Below, in pieces: positions 10,140 to 19,200 of a DNA stretch of 64,000 bases. Source of the stretch: a bacterium (GTDB lineage: Bacteria > Electryoneota > Electryoneia > Electryoneales > Electryoneaceae). Below the pieces are notes generated by a model. That model worked only from the letters and a program-made list of their open reading frames with translations. It searched no databases and was not told the DNA's origin. Position numbers and translations under genes: made by a program. Position 1 is the first letter of the stretch; every line of letters starts with the position of its first letter. Where the stretch lies: assembly GCA_963669175.1 (NCBI GenBank), contig OY769902.1, positions 640,001 through 704,000 of the forward strand, read 5' to 3'.

Positions 10140-10293
10140 GTGTCCTCCCGATTTTCGGATAATGTAGGAGTGACCTGCTACTATTTCAATGACAATCCCA
10201 TGAAAGATGTATGAAACCGAACGGAATCCATGGGCGTGGTTCCTTGCCTTGTGACCGTCTGGCTTTCCATTTTCATCAAACGATACTTTTCAA

Positions 10294-10405
10294 TTCTCGA
10301 ATTGTTTCGTCATAGTGAGATTGCCGGGAAAAGGGGACGGGATCCTTTTCCGTGTGATTCCGGCCTACTCTCTGGAAAATGGTCAGCCACCTTTCCCGGT
10401 TCATA
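10294..10405. repeat. Second, shorter copy of REP-like family A
   Basis: Same orientation as 7424-7600, with an identical 31-nt core and a shared CAGCCACCTTTCCCGGT, but one internal unit is missing. Confidence 0.75.
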
Positions 10406-10412
10406 ATTGTTG

Positions 10413-10702
10413 TGGCAGGTCTTGACGCGTCTGGATTTCTTGTCACTGTGTTTACTGTTCTGACATTACCATGCTGTTGCATGTTCTTCGATTGCACTAT
10501 TCACCGCTCGCGTTGTGACCTGCCATGTAATCGCGAGCAATGTCAAACGTCAGGTCACAACGTGATGCCAGCAAAATTCCTCTGAAAAACATCCAATAAA
10601 GGTCATTGAATCGTTTTCATCAGGATAAAATCCGGCCCCCCCCGCATCACGTCAAGACCTGACGTAACGTGCTCCTCGATGGTATGCACAAATTCTCGTG
10701 AG
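10413..10702. repeat. REP-like family B: two pairs of inverted arms (CAGGTCTTGAC / GTTGTGACCTG) with ~75-80-nt spacers
   Basis: Arms at 10413-10429, 10509-10525, 10548-10569 and 10644-10664. An inverted homologous copy lies at 63805-64000. Confidence 0.8.
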
Positions 10703-10779
10703 TAGTTTTATTATTGTATCCCGAAGTCCGAAAGGATATTGCCCCATAGAGAGTTTTTTATGCAATCTTAGTTCTTCCA

Positions 10780-10808
10780 TTGACAATACAACAATATCAC
10801 TCTAGGTT
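10780..10808 (+). promoter_or_regulatory. Putative sigma70 promoter for the C25 array
   Basis: TTGACA (10780-10785), 17-nt spacer, TAGGTT (10803-10808) in AT-rich DNA. Confidence 0.5.
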
Positions 10809-11121
10809 TAGATATAGAGCCCTATTACAATCACGGGGGATTAACAGGACGGATCGTGTACGGGTCGAAATGACCGGATTCAGGCGATTGGTGGAATGAT
10901 TCACCGGGATTATTGTCACTGTGGGAGTATCGGTAGAGATATTATTGTGTAATTACGTTGTAACCAGATTGGTTTCTGGCATTCATGTACGGGCCGCATG
11001 TGATTGAAATACACTTCAGGAAAACGCTGATATTGTCTCTTTTCCGATACTTTTTGTTTGACGATAAAACTTGAATTGCCTGTCTTCCCGGGTATCCTGC
11101 CGAACGTCCGGGGGAGATCAC

Positions 11122-14100
11122 ATGAGTGCCTTGAGAAAAAGCTGGCCTATCCTGGCATTTTGCCTTGCTTTATCCCAACACACCTTCGCTGCATCGTTAG
11201 GCGCTGATACAACGCCGACACTTGCAACCCTTGAAGTCACCCAGCTTCAACAGACAAACAACGGTTTTCGCATATCACTTGCCCTGCCGGAAATAGAGCT
11301 TGAAACACTGGGGTCAAGCCAGTTGCAACGGTTCACATTACAAGGCTCCGGCTTGTGGACAGAAGAAGGATTGCCTCCAGTACCCATGGTGGGCAGCCTT
11401 TTTCGCCTGCCACCGTCCGGTGGGGTTCATGTGGAAGTGCTTCACGCTGAATACGAAACCCTGACCGACATTAATTACGCTGCTTTCCATGAAAGCCAGA
11501 ACCATGACGAGCTGGATGAATGCCTGAACCGTGAAGATCGCTGGTTCCCCGGCCCGCTGGCAGAAGTGGGAGATCCGGCTATCTTTCACGATTTCCGTGT
11601 CGCAAACCTGCTGACTTTCCCCATCCAGGTCAACCCGGGACGCAATGAAGCACGCGTATATCACACCCTGGACCTGGAAATCAGTTTTGAAGGATCGGAT
11701 ACCCGGAACACACTTCCTGCCCCGCCAACACGCCTGAGTAAAGCCATGCTGCCGATGTACCGTACGCTGCTGGATTGGAACGAAGACGAGCTGGACGAAT
11801 TTGAATTGTATCGTGGCGGTGTCCAGGTTGTAATGCGCAACGATCTTGACCTGTTCGCTATCATGGAGGAGTGGTTCCAGTGGAAACGTGAAAGAGGCTG
11901 GAAATTTGAACTGCTGACGAATGATGGTATTGTGTGGAGCTGCTTTGGGGTTCATGATGAGCTGGCGGCACGCTATGCAGAAGAACCGTTCGATTATATC
12001 GTTGTTGTCGGCGATGACCAGGGCGATTTCCCTGCCCCCCCAGGGTCAAATATCGGTAATGGCGCTGGCGACTATAGGTTTTCCTGTATAGCCGGGGATG
12101 ATGACTTGGTGGATGTGGGAGTGGGACGCATTTCTATCATGTATCACCAGGATGCGTCTGTCGTGTTTGATAAACTGGTATCCTATGAAAAAAATCCCTT
12201 TATGGCTGATTCAAGCTGGTATCTGCGTGGACTGGTGCATAACTCGTACGATAGCAACTCCCGTTTTGAATGCGATGAAGTCCTGCTCCAAATCCGTAAC
12301 CAACTGCTGAATCTTGGCTATACGACCGTTGATACATTGCTGGGGATAACAGGGGAAGAGGCTATTTCGTATCTGGAAGATGGTGTTTCATTCTATTCCC
12401 ATGTTGGCTATTGCACGGATGGTTTGAACGGGAATGAGGTTTACAATATTCAAACCGGGGCAATGTGGCCGGTTGTTAGTACGTTCTTTGCCGGGGCCGG
12501 CACCTGGTCACAAGAAACAAGCACTACAGAAATCTGGTTACGCGCAGAAAACAATGGTTCACCGATAGGCGCAATAGGCGCTTTCGGCACGGCAACCTAT
12601 GCTGCAATGATAGATTATCAGAATCTCCTGCTTGCGGGGGAAATGTACTCAGCGACTGTGTTGTGCAATCCTGCACTGGGAGATATGAACTTGTTCGCAG
12701 ATGTTTCATTGTACAACAATTATTATGCATACGAGAACTACGAATTCACCCAACACATCAACTGGCATAACCTGATGGGTGATCCGACCACCTGGATCTG
12801 GACCGGAATCCCGCAACGTCTTACTGTCACAGAAATCACAACACTTCCCCTGGGTATGCAGGTAATTGCCTGTGATGTGTTCGATGCGGAAGGCGAACCT
12901 GTCGCAGATGCCTGGGTAACCCTGGTGAAAGACGACAACGGTGACTCCACCCAGGTGATGGCGGAAACGGACGCGAACGGACACGCGGAGCTGTTTGTTG
13001 ATCTGCAGCACGATGGCGATGCCACATTAACTGTGTCCGGCCAGAATTGTTACCCGGTTCAACAGACTATCGTTGTTGTCTCCAATCATGCCGGATGTGT
13101 GGTTGATACTGTCCAGGTGTATGAAAATGGCGCCTTTGGATCATCCGGGGATGGAGACGGGGTAATAGAGAATGGCGAGACCATCGCGCTGCAGGTAAGT
13201 TGCCGAAATTTGAGCGAAGATACGGTTGAAGAATTGATCCTCTGGGCGGAATCGCCGGATGATTATATCGATGCAGTGACTGGCGCTATTGAATACACTG
13301 AAATCGAGCCCGGTGAAGCCGGTTTTGGTAACGGGATTGTCCTGGTAGAGATCGACAGCCGAACCCCGGATTCATGGCTGGGTGAGCTTCAGTTTATGCT
13401 CGTAAGCGATGATACGGTTTACATTGACTATATGCTGCATATCTCCGCGCCCCTGCCGGTGGTGCCGGGATTTGTCAGATCAGAAGACACTGGCACATGT
13501 ACGATTATAGTTCCGATCACCAATACCGGCGGAGGTGATTTGGCGGGTGGGACAATCATGCTCGCATCACGAAGCAACCAGGTAAATATTGTACAGGGTG
13601 AAGCCATGATGCCCGCGCTGGCCCCCGGGATGACAACAGAAATTGAGTTTGAAATTTCAGCCAGCGATAATCGGATCGGCGGTTATCCGGCAGATATGAC
13701 GGTAATCATTTCAAGCGAAGATAACGCCCTCTTCCACACACCATTCACCCTGTACCTGGGCGAAGCGGAAACCACGGACCCAACGGGGCCGGACCGGTAC
13801 GGTTACCTTGCCTTTGACAACACGGATATATCGTACCATGATTATGCACCGGACTATGAATGGATCGAAATAGACCCGGATGCAGACGACATTGATTTCA
13901 TCGGCACATCCCTTGAATTATCAGATACCGGTGAAAATCTGGATGACGCCGCCCTGGTGGAATTACCATTTGATGTCTTCTACTACGGGGCAAACTTCGA
14001 TGAAATCACCGTAACCACCAACGGTATGGCTGCGTTCGGTGACCAGCGACGGTTGACTTTCGCCAAAAACCGTATCATCCCCGACCCATTAGGACCACAA

Positions 14101-16125
14101 TATATGCTGGCGCCATACTGGGAAAATTTTCAAACGGACAACAACAGCGATATTCTGTATTACCACGATGCAGAGAATGGACTCTTTATTGTTGAGTGGT
14201 CCAAAGTCGCATGGGATATATATGACTGGACATTTGAAATCATTCTGTACGACAACGAAATGTACCCGACACACACAGGCGATACAGACATTCTGTTCCA
14301 GTATAATGCTGTCCCGGGAGGCGGAGGCCAACACGGTTACTATGATGTTACAGGCTTCACAGCAGGCATCGAGAACGGCACACAGGATGATGGCCTGCTG
14401 TATTTCTACTACAATACCTACACACCCGGCAGTGCGGAGATTGCCGAAGGAACCGCAATCCTCTTTACAACAAACTATTTAACAAACACATCCGTGGTTG
14501 AAGGTGTCGTGCGTTCTTCCCAGGACGACCAGCCGGTACAAAATGCTATCGTCACATGTGGACAGGCGTTTGCCGCCCTGACAAACGAGGATGGCTACTT
14601 CTTCATCGATCACATCATTCCCGGTGATTTTACCGTTTCTGTGGAAGCGGACTGCTTTACCCCTCTTGATACCCTGATCACTGTCGGGCTGGATGACACC
14701 CTGAACCTGTCATTGAACCTTTCATATCCGAACTATGAATTGAATGTCCTGGCCATTACCGACACACTTGATATCAACGAAACAACAGAACACCTGCTGA
14801 CCATTCAGAATGATGGCAATGGAACCCTGAAATACTCTTTCTCCGTTGAATCGGCAGGGGAGGAGTTTTTCGCAGGCAAGAGGTCATCGAAAGATATTCT
14901 TGAACTTGATGAACACTGGGATTGTGTCGGCGGTTTTGCCCTGGATAACAGTGAAATTCACTATCGCGGTTTGACCTTTGACGGCCGATCTTTCTGGATT
15001 ACAGGCTCTGATAATTTTGATGTCAGCGGTCCCAACAAACTGTACCGTTATTCACCACAGGGTGAATTCCTGGCTGTCTATGACCAGCCGGTGGAAGCGG
15101 AAAACAGGTCGGCTGTCGGCATGCGGGGAATCGATTTTCATGATGGATTGTATTACGGCGCTGATAATGGCATTCTGTATACCATGACCTTTGAAAATGA
15201 TGAATGGTCGGTGGTTAATAGCGTAAGTGTTCCTGTCAATCCCGCACGTTTCCTCGCGGTTGATCCCGAAAGAAATGCCTTCTGGATGGGTGACAGGGGC
15301 ACAACCATCTGTTGTGTGGACCATGACGGCCAGATCTTGGAAGAGTACAGTCGTGATGATCGTTTTATTCATGGCCTCGACCTGATGCCAGTGCCCATGG
15401 GTGAAACGGCAGCCGATCTCGCCCTGCTCTGCTGGGATCAACAGAATGATCATGCCCTGTTTGAAACCTATCATCCTGCTTCAGAACAGTTCACTCAAGA
15501 CCCGGTTTTCCCCGGTGATTCTTTCGAGCTGGAACCGATAGGAAGCTGTATGATGTACTCCTACCGGCACGCCACCTGGACCTTCGCCTGTATTACCCGC
15601 CACGAAGGGCAGGACAGTGTCCTGGTATGGGAGATGGAACCCTATACCCAATGGGTGTATGTACCGGTTGTCGAAGGAATCATATCACCGGGAAACAGCC
15701 TGGATCATTCTGTTTTCCTCCAATCCCCCATCTTGTTGCCCGGCGCCTACGCGGTTGATTTGATCCTGAACAGCAATGCCTGCAGCGACAACCCGAACCG
15801 GGTAAGGATCTCCATGATTGTCCCAGACAACGATGTTGAAGATCCCGTCATCGAACAACCATTATCATGGGCGCTGGATGCGATCTGGCCCAACCCGTTC
15901 AATCCCACAACCAACATCCGGTATGGCCTGAAGGAAGCAACCACTGTCCACATAAGGGTTTATGACGTGCTGGGGCGTGAAGTAACAACGCTGAAGCATG
16001 AATCGCAGGCAGCCGGTTGGCATGTGATACCTTTCACCGCTCACGACCTGGCCAGTGGGGTTTATTTCCTGCGAGTTGAGGCCGGACCACTACAGGAGAC
16101 GAGGAAACTTATTTTGCTGAAATAA
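11122..16125 (+). CDS. Gingipain-like peptidase C25 family multidomain protein, copy 1 (catalytic Cys position is Ala), T9SS-type CTD
   Basis: RBS GGGGAG and signal peptide; C25 propeptide (GLPPVP, PIQVNP); C25 domain (WKRERG, YIVVVGD, VGRIS, NLMGDP); Ig-like domain; GDGDG and GPDxYGY domains; WPNPFNP...RKLILLK. The ORF track start 11071 is probably too early. Confidence 0.88.
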   Translation: MSALRKSWPILAFCLALSQHTFAASLGADTTPTLATLEVTQLQQTNNGFRISLALPEIELETLGSSQLQRFTLQGSGLWTEEGLPPVPMVGSLFRLPPSGGVHVEVLHAEYETLTDINYAAFHESQNHDELDECLNREDRWFPGPLAEVGDPAIFHDFRVANLLTFPIQVNPGRNEARVYHTLDLEISFEGSDTRNTLPAPPTRLSKAMLPMYRTLLDWNEDELDEFELYRGGVQVVMRNDLDLFAIMEEWFQWKRERGWKFELLTNDGIVWSCFGVHDELAARYAEEPFDYIVVVGDDQGDFPAPPGSNIGNGAGDYRFSCIAGDDDLVDVGVGRISIMYHQDASVVFDKLVSYEKNPFMADSSWYLRGLVHNSYDSNSRFECDEVLLQIRNQLLNLGYTTVDTLLGITGEEAISYLEDGVSFYSHVGYCTDGLNGNEVYNIQTGAMWPVVSTFFAGAGTWSQETSTTEIWLRAENNGSPIGAIGAFGTATYAAMIDYQNLLLAGEMYSATVLCNPALGDMNLFADVSLYNNYYAYENYEFTQHINWHNLMGDPTTWIWTGIPQRLTVTEITTLPLGMQVIACDVFDAEGEPVADAWVTLVKDDNGDSTQVMAETDANGHAELFVDLQHDGDATLTVSGQNCYPVQQTIVVVSNHAGCVVDTVQVYENGAFGSSGDGDGVIENGETIALQVSCRNLSEDTVEELILWAESPDDYIDAVTGAIEYTEIEPGEAGFGNGIVLVEIDSRTPDSWLGELQFMLVSDDTVYIDYMLHISAPLPVVPGFVRSEDTGTCTIIVPITNTGGGDLAGGTIMLASRSNQVNIVQGEAMMPALAPGMTTEIEFEISASDNRIGGYPADMTVIISSEDNALFHTPFTLYLGEAETTDPTGPDRYGYLAFDNTDISYHDYAPDYEWIEIDPDADDIDFIGTSLELSDTGENLDDAALVELPFDVFYYGANFDEITVTTNGMAAFGDQRRLTFAKNRIIPDPLGPQYMLAPYWENFQTDNNSDILYYHDAENGLFIVEWSKVAWDIYDWTFEIILYDNEMYPTHTGDTDILFQYNAVPGGGGQHGYYDVTGFTAGIENGTQDDGLLYFYYNTYTPGSAEIAEGTAILFTTNYLTNTSVVEGVVRSSQDDQPVQNAIVTCGQAFAALTNEDGYFFIDHIIPGDFTVSVEADCFTPLDTLITVGLDDTLNLSLNLSYPNYELNVLAITDTLDINETTEHLLTIQNDGNGTLKYSFSVESAGEEFFAGKRSSKDILELDEHWDCVGGFALDNSEIHYRGLTFDGRSFWITGSDNFDVSGPNKLYRYSPQGEFLAVYDQPVEAENRSAVGMRGIDFHDGLYYGADNGILYTMTFENDEWSVVNSVSVPVNPARFLAVDPERNAFWMGDRGTTICCVDHDGQILEEYSRDDRFIHGLDLMPVPMGETAADLALLCWDQQNDHALFETYHPASEQFTQDPVFPGDSFELEPIGSCMMYSYRHATWTFACITRHEGQDSVLVWEMEPYTQWVYVPVVEGIISPGNSLDHSVFLQSPILLPGAYAVDLILNSNACSDNPNRVRISMIVPDNDVEDPVIEQPLSWALDAIWPNPFNPTTNIRYGLKEATTVHIRVYDVLGREVTTLKHESQAAGWHVIPFTAHDLASGVYFLRVEAGPLQETRKLILLK
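15867..16125 (+). repeat. 259-nt direct repeat (CTD-coding) shared with 20964-21222
   Basis: By eye only two mismatches, both synonymous (GCC/GCT, CTG/CTA). Confidence 0.92.
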
Positions 16126-16129
16126 TGTC

Positions 16130-16158
16130 TTGCGTTTAAATCATCCATACAATAAGAT
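16130..16158 (+). promoter_or_regulatory. Putative internal sigma70 promoter for C25 copy 2
   Basis: TTGCGT-17 nt-TAAGAT immediately after the copy 1 stop. Confidence 0.4.
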
Positions 16159-16218
16159 TAACTATTCTATTCAGGTTCTCATTGCTGTAAAATGCTTGTC
16201 ATCATAAGGATGAACGAC

Positions 16219-19200
16219 ATGAAACGGATATTTTTTGCATTGTCCGTCCTGATAGCCACAACGGTATATCTCTGTCCCGGGCAAGCGTTTAGCGATACCG
16301 CTCAAAACGATATGTTTTCACCAATTCAGGTACTGCAGTGTACACAATCCCCAGATGGTTTGAACCTTTCCCTTGCCATTCGTTCCCCACATATTGAAAC
16401 CGTATCCGAATCCAACCTTTTACAACTGGCCACCTATTCCGGGGCCGGAATGCGGACCACCCCAGGTGAACCGGCAACCCCAACTATCGGCCGCCTGTTT
16501 CGTCTACCATCAACAGGTGGAATAACCGTGGAAGTGCTGAATGCTGAATTCGAAACCCTGACCGACATTCGCTACGCCGCCAGGGTTGGTGAGCTGGATG
16601 AAGCGGACATTGAGTTTGGTGCTTGTACGAACCTGCAGGACGCCTGGTATCCCGGTCCACTGGTAGAAGCCGGTGACCCCGCCATCTTTCATGACTTCCG
16701 TGTTGCCAGCCTGATCACCAACCCGGTACAGGTTAATCCTGCACGAAACGAAATTCGGGTATACAGCAGAATTAACCTGAACATCAGGTTTGAAGGGACG
16801 GATAGCCGCAATTCGCTTCCCACTACTCCTCATCGATTAAGCAAGGCGCTGTTGCCATTTTATCGAGAAATGCTAGACTGGAATGAAGACGAACTGGATG
16901 ATTTTGAACTGTATCGCGGTGGTGTCCAAGTAATTATGCAGGATGACCCGGTGCTGTTTAACCTGATGGAGGACTGGTTCCGCTGGAAACGTCAAAAGGG
17001 CTGGATCCTGGAAGTACTGACAGATTCCGACGTCACTTGGACGGGGGAAGGCATTCGCAGCGAATTACTGGACCGGTACCAACAGCAACCATTTGATTAT
17101 GTTGTTGTTGTAGGAGACAATGAAGGACGCTGGCCTGCTCCAGCAAGCTCATATAGCAGTTCATGTTTTGGCGATTTCCGTTATGGTTGCATGGCTGGAG
17201 ATGACTACCTGGTGGATTTGGGGGTTGGGAGAATTTCCATTGCCGATAGCGCTGAGGCCGCTGTCGTTTTCAGCAAACTGGTCGCCTACGAAGAATCACC
17301 TTTCCTTGAAGATACATCCTGGTATAACAGGGGGCTTGCACATATATCAGATAATCATACCTTTTTATATGAGCGGGATGATATTTTGCAACAGGTACGT
17401 CAGCAATTGCTCAACATCGGATACACGACTGTTGATACGTTGATGTATGTCAACAACAGCGAGGCCATTGCCTATCTCAATGCAGGCGTTTCCGTCTATG
17501 CGCATAATGGCTACTTTCGCGATGGGCCTTCCATTGCCCAGATTGCACAATTGACCAATTACAACATGTTGCCCGTTGTAAACTCAATGACAGAATATGC
17601 AAACAACTGTTTCAGCGAACTCAGTTTTATGGAAGCCTGGTTTCGTGCAGGCGTTGTGGGTGCACCCACCGGCGCAATTGGCGGGCTTGGTCTGGGACAT
17701 ACCCTGGAATGTGGAATGCAAAACGTACTTGTAACCGGCGCTTTATGCTCTGCCACTCTTTCAAGAATTCCAGAACTGGGGGGCATGAGTAGAGGAGCGA
17801 GTGTTTCGCTGTATACAAATTATTACTCCAATCGGACTACTAACACTATACGCGCCCTTCACGATTTCAACTTGATTGGCGATCCGACAACCTGGTTATG
17901 GACAGACATCCCAGCCCCGTTGACAGTTGCTGCTCCTGATACCCTTGCTCCAGGATGGCAAGCGATAACCTGTTTTGTTACCACTGATGAAGGGACTCCT
18001 GTTGAGGACGCGTGGGTGACAATGGACAAAACAGACAATGGAGATGAATGGACTGTTCCCGGGGAAACGGACGCATATGGAGTTGTTACTGTTTTATGTG
18101 ATTTTCAGCATACCGGGGAAGCCACTCTGACTGTCACTGCACAGAATTGTCAGCCTTATCGCAAAACGATCGTTGTCTCAACGGCGAATACCTGTCTCGG
18201 GATTGATACGGTTGTTGTTTATGATGACGGTAGCTATGCCTCCAGTGGGGACGGCGATGGTATTGCGGAAAACGGCGAGCGTATCGCTCTGCGTTGTCAA
18301 CTGGCAAATCATGATGAATTGGCAGCCAACGATATTACTTTGACCGCTCTCGATACTGACCAGTATATCACCCATGTATCAGGTTCAATCTTGTATACTC
18401 AGATTGCGCCCGGTGAAAGCGACTGGGGAAACGGCGCTGTGCTTGTGGATATTCACCCCAGTACACCGGATAGCTGGTTGGCTAACCTGCAATTTTCGTA
18501 CTCTGATCAGCCGGGACATACGACAGAGTGTCAGCTCGCCATTGCCGCACCAGCCATACAAACTGTGTCCGATCTTCAAGTCAATACGTTCAGAGATGTT
18601 GATATCTCTATTCCCGTAGTAAATAATGGCAACGGTGATTTATCAGCAGGTACCGCACGTTTGTTTTCAAACTGCATGAGTGTTGAAGTCCAGAACAATA
18701 TATGCACAATCGCAGCGCTTGAACCGGGCGAACAGGACATACTTCATTTCAACCTCAATGTTGCAACTTCCAGGATAGCCGGTTTTCCTGCTTCGCTGGG
18801 TGTGTGCGTCAACACCGAAAATAACGGCCACTACTTTTTCCCTGTGACAATCATTCTCGGCATAGCTCAGGTAACTGATCCTGTCGGTCCTGACGAATAC
18901 GGCTATATGGCTTTCGATGATTCTGACACTGCGTATCTTGATTATACTCCACACTTTGACTGGGTGGAGCTGGATACAACGGAAGATGATTTTGACTTTG
19001 TTGGCAACAACCTGGGATTAAGCGACGAAGGGGAGGGGCATGATGCCGCTGCCCTGGTTCCATTACCATTTGACGTTCAGTATTACGGTGAAACCTTCGA
19101 TTGTATTACCGTTGTTACAAATGGAATTGCCGCTTTCGGTGACCAGCAAAGACTGGCCTTTTCCCGTAACAGGATCATCCCGGACCCGCTTGGACCGCAG

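Noticed and set aside
10413-10702. CRISPR or integron attC array
   Set aside because: Units alternate in orientation, lack RYYYAAC/GTTRRRY ends, and no cas or integrase gene is present. Kept as an unexplained repeat family instead.
10810-11000. Known riboswitch (c-di-GMP, SAM, TPP, cobalamin)
   Set aside because: Hairpins are present, but none of the consensus cores could be matched by eye.
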